Shown here piece after piece: positions 18,693-27,835 of a stretch of 64,000 nt of DNA. The position numbers and the translations under genes were made by a program. This stretch comes from Thermoproteota archaeon. Its GTDB lineage: Archaea > Korarchaeota > Korarchaeia > Korarchaeales > Korarchaeaceae. Where the stretch lies: positions 96,001 through 160,000 of the forward strand of contig JAOZGC010000002.1 in assembly GCA_027491915.1 (NCBI GenBank), in the 5' to 3' direction. A model generated the notes under the pieces. It was not told the DNA's origin. It saw nothing but the letters and a program-made list of their open reading frames with translations, and searched no databases. Every line of letters begins with the position of its first letter. Position 1 is the stretch's first letter.

Positions 18693-19061
18693 ATGCCTGT
18701 CGATTGTGGAGAGGGCAAGGGAGATAAGAAGCCGGAAGTGGTATCCCTCAGGCTCTCTTCGATCAGGGATCTCGCTAGACTGGCCTCCTCCGTGTCTCAG
18801 GTCGTGGCCCTCATCTACTTTGAGAAGGAAGGCGTCAACGTCCTGGGGACATTCGCACAGCCCTTCGGATCAGTGGACTACACCATTTTCTCCTACGCGG
18901 TCGTGGACTCACCCCCAGAAGGAAACTTCCTGGTTTACTCGGCCGAGGAGACTGGAGAGGAAGTCTCCTACTCCAATTTCATACAGTCCGGTGGGAGATA
19001 CTCCGTCTTCCCCATAATAAAACTTGAAAGTCCCCCGAATTGGCTGCCCCTATGCGTCTGA
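18693..19061 (+). CDS. conserved hypothetical protein (resembles an uncharacterised crenarchaeal family)
   Basis: LSSIRDLARLASS...PIIKL pattern; fits the operon spacing. Confidence 0.6.
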   Translation: MPVDCGEGKGDKKPEVVSLRLSSIRDLARLASSVSQVVALIYFEKEGVNVLGTFAQPFGSVDYTIFSYAVVDSPPEGNFLVYSAEETGEEVSYSNFIQSGGRYSVFPIIKLESPPNWLPLCV

Positions 19062-19085
19062 CACCCTTCCGTCGAGGGGGGATCC

Positions 19086-20363
19086 ATGAGGATCTACGCC
19101 GACCTCCACGTCCACTCTCTCTTCAGCAGGGCGACCAGCTCCTCCATGGACATCCCGAGGATGGCCGCCGGGGCGGCAAAGAAGGGGCTCAACCTCATAG
19201 GGACCGGCGACTTCACCCATCCGGCGTGGCTCTCGAAGCTGAGGGAGGTCCTCTCTGAGTCAGAATTTCCTGGTTTTTTCACCTATAAAGACGACATTAA
19301 CGTCTTTTTTATATTACAAACCGAGATAAACGTCGAATTTTATCAGAATGACTCCATTAAGAAGATACACCTGATCCTGCTCGCCCCGGACTTCGACTCG
19401 GTCGAGGAGGTCAGGAGGGTGCTCTCCAAGTGGGGCGACCTGACGTCAGACGGCAGGCCCACCGTCAGGGTGGACGCGCCCACCCTAGTCGAGGAGGTGA
19501 CAGAGGCCGACGACCGGGTCGAGGTGATTCCAGCGCACATCTGGACCCCCTGGTACTCCCTCTTCGGCTCGAAACACGGGTTTGACTCACTGGAGGAGGC
19601 TTTCGGATCTCAGGTCGGGAAGATCCACGCGCTAGAGACCGGTCTCTCCTCTGACCCACCTATGAATTGGAGGGTCAGCTCCCTAGATCGATTCAAGCTG
19701 ATAAGCAACTCCGACGCCCACTCTCCTCATCCCTGGCGGATCGGCAGGGAATTCAACGTCTTCGAGCTCTCAGATCTTGGATACGACGGCCTGTTGAAGG
19801 CCCTCCGATCAAATTCTGAGCGAAATCGATTGGTGATGACCGTGGAGGTGGATCCGGCGTACGGCAAGTATCACTACGACGGCCACAGATCCTGCGGCGT
19901 CCGCCTCCACCCCAGAGAGGCCAAGAGATTAGGCAACAGGTGCCCCGTGTGCGGCAGGCCCCTGACGGTGGGGGTGCTCCACAGGGTCGAGGATCTGGCC
20001 GACAGGCCGGAGGGCTACGTCCCACCGGGCGCCCCACGATTTGTGGACACGGTCCCCCTGCCGGTGTTGATCTCGTCGGTTTTGGGAAGGTCAACCTACT
20101 CGAGGGTCGTAACCAACACCTACGAAGAGTTGATATCAAAATTTGGGAGCGAGATAGAGTTACTGCTGAACTCCCCCATGAAAGAGGTGGTCAAGGTTGC
20201 CGGGAAGAGACTCGGCCATGCCCTTCGGGCCATGAGGGATGGGAGACTCCGGATCGAGCCAGGTTACGACGGGGTCTACGGCGAGGTTAAAGTGGATCTC
20301 GATCAGGTCGGATCCGCGGGAGGACGCGGGAGCGATTTTTCCGGTCTGGAGGACTACCTATGA
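19086..20363 (+). CDS. endoQ: endonuclease Q (PHP domain + Zn ribbon)
   Basis: ADLHVHSLFSRATS, GTGDFTHP, PAHIWTPW, ETGLSSD, SNSDAHS, GKYHYDGH, CPVCG, PGYDGVYG. Confidence 0.9.
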   Translation: MRIYADLHVHSLFSRATSSSMDIPRMAAGAAKKGLNLIGTGDFTHPAWLSKLREVLSESEFPGFFTYKDDINVFFILQTEINVEFYQNDSIKKIHLILLAPDFDSVEEVRRVLSKWGDLTSDGRPTVRVDAPTLVEEVTEADDRVEVIPAHIWTPWYSLFGSKHGFDSLEEAFGSQVGKIHALETGLSSDPPMNWRVSSLDRFKLISNSDAHSPHPWRIGREFNVFELSDLGYDGLLKALRSNSERNRLVMTVEVDPAYGKYHYDGHRSCGVRLHPREAKRLGNRCPVCGRPLTVGVLHRVEDLADRPEGYVPPGAPRFVDTVPLPVLISSVLGRSTYSRVVTNTYEELISKFGSEIELLLNSPMKEVVKVAGKRLGHALRAMRDGRLRIEPGYDGVYGEVKVDLDQVGSAGGRGSDFSGLEDYL

Positions 20364-20722
20364 GGGAAAAAGGAGTCTCGCTGGGAAAGACCTTGGTCCT
20401 CACTCTGATCCTAGCCTCCGTCTCGAGCGTTTACCTATCTCTGAGAACCCGCCCACAGCCGGAGCTGAACCTGGAGCTCTCCGCCGCCGGGGGGTCGGCC
20501 GTCCTGAGAATTACCGACGTAGGTAAGGGTGCCGCGGAGCTGGAGCTAATAGTAATACGCCTTTCCCGCGACTCCCCCTTTCTCCTCAGGGCGAGGGGTC
20601 TCCGCGTTGATCCGGGTGAGACAATACAGGTAGACCTGGGGGTTGACCCTTCGGACGTCGAGTGGGTCTCTGTGATCACCCTTCAGGGGGACTGCTTCTC
20701 AGCCCGCCCAGGAGCTCCCTGA
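20360..20722 (+). CDS. putative archaeal type IV pilin-like protein
   Basis: Class III signal peptide-like MREKG|VS plus hydrophobic helix; beta-rich LRITDVG..VDPGET..VITLQG. Confidence 0.5.
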   Translation: MREKGVSLGKTLVLTLILASVSSVYLSLRTRPQPELNLELSAAGGSAVLRITDVGKGAAELELIVIRLSRDSPFLLRARGLRVDPGETIQVDLGVDPSDVEWVSVITLQGDCFSARPGAP

Positions 20723-21455
20723 TCCTGCTGGGGGAGTACACCCCTATCGCCGCCCCTGGGAGGCGAGGACCCACCCTCGGTACGAGGCCCACGCCGCGGG
20801 TGTTCCCCTTGCAAAAGACGGCGTGGGCCAGGAAGGCCAGCCTCTCAATCCCAACAACATCTCTTGCGTGGTCGCTCTTCCTCAAGGCCCTCCTGACATC
20901 CCTCAGGGTGGCCCCAGTTATGACGAGTACGTCCAGGTTCCTGGCCATCCACCTGTCGTACATCTCCAGGGTTTCCCGGCCCAGCTCTCCCTCGACGGTC
21001 CCCCGCCCCATCCTGGTTATCCTCACCATGAGGGGCATGTGTTCGACCATCCCCCAGAGCCACAGGATCTTTCTCAGCGGTAACCTCCTTCCTCCTGTAA
21101 GATCTCTCCTCAGAGAGAAGAGGGGGATTAAGACGTCCTTGGATCCAGGGAAGAAGTCCACGTAGATCCCGTATCCGTACTTTCCCGGCTCGACCAGGAA
21201 CCCCCTAACCTCGTCTCCTGGGGACACGGCTCCCACGTCCTTCACCTGACCGTACCTCAGCTTCACCAGGTTCGCCGCCGCTACCTCGTCCTCCCCGTCT
21301 ATCTCGACCTCCACCCATCCCCCTTCAATGATCCTCACGTCCAGCGAGTCTATCTTGAGATCCTCAAGGGAGGATGCTATCTCCCAGCCGAGCCTCTCCA
21401 GCTTGTCCTGCCTGTTCTTCCCATATATCTTCTCCCCCAAGACTATCCTCATCAT
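20676..21455 (-). CDS. DUF2110-family protein
   Basis: GEDEVAAANL, GKYGYGIYVD, IERLAFLAHAVFCK.NT...GLV..VG. Confidence 0.75.
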   Translation of the reverse strand: MMRIVLGEKIYGKNRQDKLERLGWEIASSLEDLKIDSLDVRIIEGGWVEVEIDGEDEVAAANLVKLRYGQVKDVGAVSPGDEVRGFLVEPGKYGYGIYVDFFPGSKDVLIPLFSLRRDLTGGRRLPLRKILWLWGMVEHMPLMVRITRMGRGTVEGELGRETLEMYDRWMARNLDVLVITGATLRDVRRALRKSDHARDVVGIERLAFLAHAVFCKGNTRGVGLVPRVGPRLPGAAIGVYSPSRIRELLGGLRSSPPEG

Positions 21456-21994
21456 TCCTGCTCTCCCAGTAGAGCGTCTTCTATTCTGTCGAGCGTGGAT
21501 AAGAGATTCCTTATCTTATCCAAATTTCTGCTCCTGTCTGCCGGCTCGAGCAGTGCCCCGCACACCGGGCAGGAAGGCGGCTCTCCCCCCAGGAACTCCA
21601 TCAGTATCTCGTCGAAGGGGGCCCTGTAGTGGGACGGATCCGCGGCGCACACGTAATACTCGACGTTCTCCTCTAGGTGAGACCTCTCCAGGAGCGCCCG
21701 TCTGACCATTTCTATCCTACCTCTGAGGAAATCCCTGACGGCCCCGTAGTTAATCCTCCAGTAGACGTGCTTCGTCCCGTCCTTGGTCTCCTTCACCCTG
21801 ACCCTGTGGGCTAAGTTGGCGTCCTGCAGCATGTACAGCATCTTCCTTGTCTCCTGCTGGGATATGCCCATCCTGATGGATATCCTGGTCTCCTCCACTA
21901 TCCCTTTCCTCATGGCCTCCCTCAGTCTGTGGGCCAGATCGAAGTCCTGGACCACTGCCGCGATGGCTAGGTCGACGAGGTCCTCCTCACCCAT
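21452..21994 (-). CDS. tfe: transcription factor E (TFE alpha)
   Basis: wHTH TRKMLYMLQDANL...YWRIN; YYVC...H...CPVCGALL Zn ribbon; next to DUF2110. Confidence 0.85.
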   Translation of the reverse strand: MGEEDLVDLAIAAVVQDFDLAHRLREAMRKGIVEETRISIRMGISQQETRKMLYMLQDANLAHRVRVKETKDGTKHVYWRINYGAVRDFLRGRIEMVRRALLERSHLEENVEYYVCAADPSHYRAPFDEILMEFLGGEPPSCPVCGALLEPADRSRNLDKIRNLLSTLDRIEDALLGEQE

Positions 21995-22058
21995 CTCCCG
22001 CCCTCAACCTTCCCGGGTAAATATTATAGAATCACCACCCTGAGCCAAGTTACGGGGA

Positions 22059-22131
22059 GCCCCGGTAGCTCAGTTGGCGGAGCGGCCGCCTCGTAAGCGG
22101 CAGGTCGCGGGTTCGAATCCCGCCCGGGGCT
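22059..22131 (+). tRNA. tRNA-Thr(CGT)
   Basis: GCCCCGG/CCGGGGC acceptor; GCCGC-CTCGTAA-GCGGC anticodon arm; GGTTCGAATCC. Confidence 0.95.
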
Positions 22132-22244
22132 TGCACTCATCTCCCCTCTAAGATCTTGAAAAATCGCACTTCGCCTGAAGATCGCCCGGATGGGTGAGAG
22201 GAGAGAGTTCCTTCCATCCGTATCTTCACGTCGTGGATGGGGGA

Positions 22245-22317
22245 TGGGGCCGCCGGGATTTGAACCCGGGTCTCGAGGTCCCGAACCTCGTAGGATGCCA
22301 AGCTACCCCACGGCCCC
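22245..22317 (-). tRNA. tRNA-Pro(CGG)
   Basis: GGGGCCG/CGGCCCC acceptor; CGAGG-TTCGGGA-CCTCG; GGTTCAAATCC. Confidence 0.95.
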
Positions 22318-22842
22318 GCCCCGCCGCGCTCCGTCCCCTCGTTTTAAAATTTGCTCGGCCCTCTCAGTGATCTCTGGTTTGAGGGACCTGTAAGTCGACT
22401 CTAGCGACTCGCTGACGACCTTGGTGTCGGCTATAACCGGCATGAAGTTTGTGTCTCCGCTCCACCTTGGGACCACGTGCACGTGTAGGTGTCCCTCAAA
22501 GCCGGCGCCTGCTATCCTGCCCAGGTTCATCCCCAAATTGAAACCGTGAGGTTCCATGACCGATTCCAGGGCACCTATCGATGCCCTCACCAGCGAGAAG
22601 ATCTCCCAGGCCTCCTCCCACCCTAGGTCTCTCGGGGACGCCACGTGTCTGTAGGGGGCCACCATCAGGTGACCCGGATTGTAGGGGAACCTGTTCATCA
22701 GTATGTAGGCCCTTTCTCCCCTGAAAAGTATTAAATTTTCCTCATCATTTCCTCCTGGAAGTTCACAAAATATGCATCCTTTCCGATCCTTCGCCGCCAC
22801 TTTTATATAATTTACCCTCCAAGTGGCCCACAGCCTCTCCAT
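22303..22842 (-). CDS. HIT-family hydrolase (Ap4A phosphorylase-like)
   Basis: LWATWR..Y, CIFC, NRFPYNPGHLMVAP, AGAG..HLHVHVVPRW. Confidence 0.92.
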   Translation of the reverse strand: MERLWATWRVNYIKVAAKDRKGCIFCELPGGNDEENLILFRGERAYILMNRFPYNPGHLMVAPYRHVASPRDLGWEEAWEIFSLVRASIGALESVMEPHGFNLGMNLGRIAGAGFEGHLHVHVVPRWSGDTNFMPVIADTKVVSESLESTYRSLKPEITERAEQILKRGDGARRGGAVG

Positions 22843-22909
22843 ATCGATCGGGGCGGGCGGCGCGGCGGACTTATTTAGGGCTGCCCACGATCGGACCCGG
22901 TGGCCTCCC

Positions 22910-23509
22910 TTGTCAGAGGAGATCTACGTCTGCGAGGTCTGTGGGGGAACCTTCTTTGGCCGGCCGATAAAGGTAAAGGTGGACGGCTACACCGCGTTGG
23001 TCTGTCCCTCGTGCGCGAGGACCATAAGGCACCAGGCTGGAAGACGAAGGGAACCCGTCGATCTGAGTGGCAGGAGGGCTTCCGCGCCCCTGAGGGAGGC
23101 CCGGTCGAGACCCATGAGGCCCAAGGTCTCCACGAAGGAGACCGTCAGGGCGAGGGAGGTCAAAAGAGAGGAGGCTAGGATCGCCGCCAGGCTGAGTCCA
23201 GACACCTACGAGCTGGTGGAAGGTTACGGATCCGTGCTGAGACGGGCCAGGGAGGAGATGGGGCTGACCCTAGATCAGGTTGCCAAGGCCGTCAACATAA
23301 AGACGTCCCTCCTCCGAAATATAGAGACCGAGAGGATGGTCCCTCCCCTCAGGATTGTCAGGGCCTTGGAGAAGTTGTTGGACGTAAAGATAACCACGGT
23401 GGTCTCGGATGTTGAATCGGCCGCCGCCCCTCCCGCCTCGGACACCCAGGACAGACCCCTTACCCTGGGCGAGATATTGGAACTGAAGAAGAGGAGAGCG
23501 GTCGATTAG
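22910..23509 (+). CDS. archaeal multiprotein bridging factor (Zn ribbon + HTH); start revised to TTG 22910
   Basis: CEVCG..VCPSC; ELVEGYGSVLRRAREEMGLT; LTLGE. Confidence 0.87.
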   Translation: MSEEIYVCEVCGGTFFGRPIKVKVDGYTALVCPSCARTIRHQAGRRREPVDLSGRRASAPLREARSRPMRPKVSTKETVRAREVKREEARIAARLSPDTYELVEGYGSVLRRAREEMGLTLDQVAKAVNIKTSLLRNIETERMVPPLRIVRALEKLLDVKITTVVSDVESAAAPPASDTQDRPLTLGEILELKKRRAVD

Positions 23510-23523
23510 AGTCGGGATCACAG

Positions 23524-24684
23524 ATGCCGACCAACATTCCTCCAGAGGCCTGGGCCAAATTTGAGGAGTATAAATCGGCCAGGACCCCTGAGGAGAAGCT
23601 GCGGAAGCTGAGGGAGTTCCTGGCCCTGATGCCCAAGCACAAGGGAACTGAGAAGATGGAAAAATTCGTTAGGAGGAGAATATCTCAACTTAGAGAGGAA
23701 ATAGAGAAAAAAAGAATGAAAAAATCTGGGAGGAGGGGCCTCCTCGTTGAGAAGAGGGGGGCGGCCCAGATAGTGCTGCTGGGATTCACCAACTCCGGGA
23801 GGAGCACCGTCCTTTCCGCGTTGACGAACGCCAGGCCGCCCATCTCCCCCTCACCCTTCACCACCTCCAAACCCGTCGAGGGTATGATGCAGTTCAGGGG
23901 GGCTCAGGTCCAGGTGGTCGAGGCCCCCCCACTCGTTAGGGGGGGTGGGGGAACCAGTCCGATCGCCTTGGCCCTCGCCTCGAACTCGGACGTTCTCGGA
24001 GTTGTCGTGGACGGGACCGGTGATCCCGTCGGCGACGCCGAGGAGATCATGAATGTGCTCTCCTCCCGGGGAATAGGCGTAGGTCGAAGTGGAGGGAGGG
24101 TCAGGGTGAGGCGGACTCAGGGCGTCCCCACCATCGTGGTTAGGAACAGGGGCACTATCCTGGACGGGGACGAGTCCGATCTGAGGTCTGCATTGGAGTC
24201 TCTTGGAATACACAGGGCCGTGGTCGAGATAATCGGCAGGGTGACCCTGGCAGACGTCGAGAGGGCAATCCTCGGAGAGAGGAGCCATAAACCGGCGGTG
24301 GCTTTCGTGACCCGATGCGATTTGAGGCGAGGCCTACTCGGCTGCGGGAACCTGAGGTCCAGGCTGGGGGACAGGCTGGCCGACGTGATCTGCTTCTCTC
24401 CAGAGAACCCGCCAGATCCCGAGGACCTCGGTCCCCGGATCCTGAAACTCCTCGGTCTGATAAGGGTATTCACCAAACCGGTCGGTCAGAAGACCCCCTC
24501 TGAGAGGGCCCTAATACTCGAGGAGGAGTCCACCGTGGCCGACGCCGCAAGGGCAATACACCGGGATCTGGTCGATAGGATGAGGTACGCCAGGGTCTGG
24601 TCTGAGAGGCTCCCATATAGCCCTATGAGGGTGGGCCCTGATTTCAGGCTGGAGGACCTAGACGTGCTGGAGATAAGGGTGTGA
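23524..24684 (+). CDS. DRG/Rbg-like GTP-binding protein with TGS domain (atypical G motifs)
   Basis: MPTNIPPEA, PKHKGTE, GFTNSGRS, PFTT, IRVFTK..TVAD.A..IH..YARVW TGS domain. Confidence 0.85.
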   Translation: MPTNIPPEAWAKFEEYKSARTPEEKLRKLREFLALMPKHKGTEKMEKFVRRRISQLREEIEKKRMKKSGRRGLLVEKRGAAQIVLLGFTNSGRSTVLSALTNARPPISPSPFTTSKPVEGMMQFRGAQVQVVEAPPLVRGGGGTSPIALALASNSDVLGVVVDGTGDPVGDAEEIMNVLSSRGIGVGRSGGRVRVRRTQGVPTIVVRNRGTILDGDESDLRSALESLGIHRAVVEIIGRVTLADVERAILGERSHKPAVAFVTRCDLRRGLLGCGNLRSRLGDRLADVICFSPENPPDPEDLGPRILKLLGLIRVFTKPVGQKTPSERALILEEESTVADAARAIHRDLVDRMRYARVWSERLPYSPMRVGPDFRLEDLDVLEIRV

Positions 24685-25376
24685 TGATGTCCCTTGAGGA
24701 GGAGAAGGCGGCGGCCGCCGAGGCCGCCGTCGACATGATCCCCAGCGATGCCCGGGTTATCGGCCTGGGATCCGGCTCCACGGTGGCGCACTTCGTCCGG
24801 AGCGCGGCGAAGAGACCAGCTCTGAGGGATCTCACTTACGTCCCGTCGTCGTCGCAGATAATGGACGAGGCTCTTGGGGCAGGACTCCGGGTGATCGACG
24901 TGGACGAGGTTGAGTGGGTGGATCTGACCGTGGACGGGGCAGACGAGATCACTCCCGGAGGAACCCTGCTCAAGGGCGGCGGGGGCGCCCTGACCAGAGA
25001 GAAGGTGCTCGCGGTTAACTCCGACTTCTACCTGATAATAGCGGATCACACCAAGCTGGTCGGGGCCATATGCGAGACGAGGCCGCTGCCGGTGGAGATA
25101 CTGAGCTTCGGCAGCTCGAAGACTGTGAAGCTTCTGGAGGAAATGACCGGCTGGAGAGCATCCCTCAGGGAGGTGGGTGGCAGGCCCTTCGTCACCGACA
25201 ACGGTCAACTCATAGTGGATCTACATCCCCCAGATCCGCTGGAGGATCCAGAGTCGGTCTACACGAACCTCAAATTGGCGCCCGGCGTGTTGGAGGTGGG
25301 CATCTTTCTGGAACTTGCCGACGAGGCCGTGATCGCGAGGGGAGACCTCGTGGAGGTCCTTACCTTCTCCGCCTGA
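24681..25376 (+). CDS. rpiA: ribose-5-phosphate isomerase A
   Basis: IGLGSGSTV, DGADE, KGGGGALTREK, PVEI, TDNG, PGVLEVGIF. Confidence 0.95.
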   Translation: MMMSLEEEKAAAAEAAVDMIPSDARVIGLGSGSTVAHFVRSAAKRPALRDLTYVPSSSQIMDEALGAGLRVIDVDEVEWVDLTVDGADEITPGGTLLKGGGGALTREKVLAVNSDFYLIIADHTKLVGAICETRPLPVEILSFGSSKTVKLLEEMTGWRASLREVGGRPFVTDNGQLIVDLHPPDPLEDPESVYTNLKLAPGVLEVGIFLELADEAVIARGDLVEVLTFSA

Positions 25377-25602
25377 TCAGCCGGAGCAGCGCCTGCGCCT
25401 CCTCCCTTTTCCTGTGAGATAAAAACCAGTCCAAGGCCTCGGAGACCTCGACAGGTGGAATGGGATTAGACTCGAAGAATTCCAGCATGCCTTGGAATAT
25501 TACCTCCACCCGCTGACCGGGACTGAGCCTTCTGATCCCCCGCAGGTATCCCCTCTCGGCCAGGTACCTGTGGGCCCTCTCGGCCCACTTCTCTCCCTCC
25601 AA
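25360..25602 (-). CDS. hypothetical protein (80 aa); possibly a remnant of the gene partnered with the decayed methyltransferase
   Basis: Starts immediately after the last MTase fragment on the same strand; no family recognised. Confidence 0.4.
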   Translation of the reverse strand: MEGEKWAERAHRYLAERGYLRGIRRLSPGQRVEVIFQGMLEFFESNPIPPVEVSEALDWFLSHRKREEAQALLRLIRRRR

Positions 25603-25603
25603 A

Positions 25604-27305
25604 TCAGGTCCCCCCCGTCCTGTCGAGCTCGTCCCCCGCCATCTCCTGGATCTCGTCGATCGTCTCCCGGGCGGCCGCTCCGTGTAGCCCCAACATCTCG
25701 GCCGCCAGCGAGTCTATTCTATCCCTCAGCTCGGGATTCATCTGCTCCCTGAAATCCGAGAGGATCTCGCCTTCCAACGATTCGATGAGCGAGCGGGCCT
25801 TCAACCTCAGTTCCTCCAGGCATGATTTGTGCGACGAGACCGGCATGCTCGCGAAGTCGGACCTGGGGAACCTAGTCCACCTGCCGCCGACCTGTCTCCC
25901 GGCGAGCAGCAGGCATCCCAAGAAGAAGGTGGGGTTGAACCATGCGGCCAGGAGTCCCTCCCCCCAGGAGGCAGATCCGGCCCAAACTATGTAGAAATTC
26001 TTTGTGGCCGAGACTGGTATCTCAGTCAAGTTTGCATAGACTCCTGGAAGTCAAATTCTGTCGATATACGTGGTAGTACCAGACTTCTCCGGAGGACCTG
26101 ATGGCCAGCGAGGCCGCGCCGGATCTCTCCCCCACCTACCTACACCTCCCCTACCTACACCTACCTACATATACTCTATAGGACGCCCTCGGGGAGGCCC
26201 TCCCTCCTCCGTCGGCGGTATTGCCACTAAGTGGTGGATCTCACCGGGGAACACCTCTCAGGAGTAGAGTCGCGGCCTCCTGAGGGCCGGGACGAGGAGA
26301 GACCTCGGGAGGTGGATTTGTTTTCCCCCGCCGTCTCTCAGGATTGACTTTCCATTGTCAGGAGATAACTCCCACACTCTGTTGGGAAGGAAGAAGAAAT
26401 CTGGGTCGTACATCCCCAACTCCACTGACTAGGCTGGAGAAGATCTCCCGACCGGCGAAGAGCCTCCCCTCCCTCAGACCCTCTTCAGAACCCGGAACAG
26501 GATCTCCTTCAGCTGGCCCCCCTCAACACGCTCAGATCGTTGAGGAATATCTCCCTCCCCGAGACGACCTGTTCCCGCAATCTCCCCCTCCCGGGGACGC
26601 TCACAGGGTCGCCGTCCAGAATACCCGTGGTGGAAGCCCGAGAACCCGAGGCCCCTGGTGGCCACTAGGAGGATCTCCTTGAAGCCGCTTCCCGTCGGCA
26701 GGGAGACGCCCCCTATCCTCCATGACCGCGACGGAGTCGAACCTCTCCACCAGCATGCCGGAGAACCCCGTACCCATAATTCGTGCAGAAGATTGAGGCC
26801 GGCAGGACAGCCGCCAGGACGCCCGACTCGGAGAGGCTACGATCGGTCAGGCGATCATATTCACCACTCCCTCGCGGATTCGAGGACGATCCCCCTCTCC
26901 TCTCCCTCTAAACGCTCCCCACCTGATGAAGGGAGAATTCGTGACGACCACGTCAGCGGCGGTAATCTTCTTCCAAACCCTGAATGCGTCCGCCCTCAGC
27001 ACCTCCAGCGAGAACCCCATCCTCGCCGCTTCCCCCGATATGGAACCTTCTGCCGCGTCGGCGGCCTTCGGATCAACGTCTACACATACCACGAGCCTTG
27101 GCCCAGCACCCCTCTGAAGTAGGGATTTTTATCAATTACCCGGCCCGCAGAAGGGATCTACCACGGTCTCGATCTTCCTCTCCACTGATTCGAGGACCTC
27201 CGCCGCCATCCTGTCGGCGACCCACTCCTTCGTGTAGAATGACGAGATGAGTTTTCTCCTCCCTTCGGCGAAAGGCTTCCTCGGGCTGATGAGACGGGCC
27301 GTCAA
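25604..27305 (-). pseudogene. decayed N6-adenine DNA methyltransferase (gamma class, TaqI/Eco57I-like)
   Basis: From TTG 27305: SFYT, DPFCGPGN, then in-frame TGA TAA (27129-27134), VCVDVDP, DVVVTNSPFIRW (NPPF-derived); frameshifted GVLAAVLPASIF and GSGFKEILLVA; C-terminal LLAAWFNPTFFL..GR..G.WTRF..MPV. Confidence 0.8.
26135..26170. repeat. three copies of CCTACCTACA(C/T) inside the pseudogene
   Basis: Read directly: cctacctacacctcccctacctacacctacctacat. Confidence 0.6.
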
Positions 27306-27395
27306 ACTTTCTCCCCCCTCACGCCGCCGATCTCCGCTGGCCGCGCGGTACCATCCGCTAACGCTTAAATAAAGGAGAGGAGAGGGGCTTTAAGG

Positions 27396-27515
27396 GCCGG
27401 GGTAGCTCAGCCTGGTTAGAGCGCGGGACTCATAATCCCCTATCGGCGGGCCGCCGCGCCGCCGGGCTGATGGGAGATCCCGAGGTCGCGGGTTCAAACC
27501 CCGCCCCCGGCACCA
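27396..27515 (+). tRNA. tRNA-Met(CAT), probably elongator, with 42-nt intron at 37/38 (27435-27476); CCA encoded
   Basis: GCCGGGG/CCCCGGC-ACCA; BHB with CTCA:TGGG helix and TAA/AGA bulges; spliced arm CGGGA-CTCATAA-TCCCG. Confidence 0.9.
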
Positions 27516-27585
27516 CCCTCCTCGACCTCCTGGATCTCCCTCCCGAGGGCAGAATTTTATTGACCGGAGGCGGCGCCCGCGCCGG

Positions 27586-27662
27586 GGGGCCGTGGTCTAG
27601 CTTGGTAGGATGCCGGCCTTGGGAGCCGGCGGCCGTGGGTTCAAATCCCACCGGCCCCACCA
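27586..27662 (+). tRNA. tRNA-Pro(TGG); CCA encoded
   Basis: GGGGCCG/CGGCCCC-ACCA; CCGGC-CTTGGGA-GCCGG. Confidence 0.95.
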
Positions 27663-27730
27663 TCAAGATAGGAGCTGGGTGGGCCTAGGCTGAGAAGAAA
27701 CCTAAAATACACCCGGGCGGCTCCTCTCGA

Positions 27731-27830
27731 GCCGGGGTGCCCTAGCCCGGTAGGGGGCCGGCCTGCTAAGTGTCACCGCGGACAGCCGGTGGCCCAATGG
27801 GCCGCGCGGGTTCGAATCCCGCCCCCGGCG
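27731..27830 (+). tRNA. tRNA-Ser(GCT) with 15-nt intron at 37/38 (27769-27783)
   Basis: GCCGGGG/CCCCGGC-G; CTGC:GCGG helix with TAA/ACA bulges; long variable arm GGCCCAATGGGCC. Confidence 0.9.
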
Positions 27831-27835
27831 CTCTC

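Noticed and set aside
26135-26170. Possible mini-CRISPR or iteron
   Set aside because: Units are only 10-11 bp with no unique spacers; consistent with slippage in dead DNA
27268-27308. Hammerhead-like words (CGAAA ... CTGATGAG-ACGG/CCGTC-AAAC)
   Set aside because: The conserved GAAA after stem II lacks its G, stems I and III cannot form properly, and the sequence is the 5' coding end of the MTase pseudogene
25360-27400. Integrated element at the tRNA cluster
   Set aside because: No integrase, and no duplicated tRNA end (att site) found by eye
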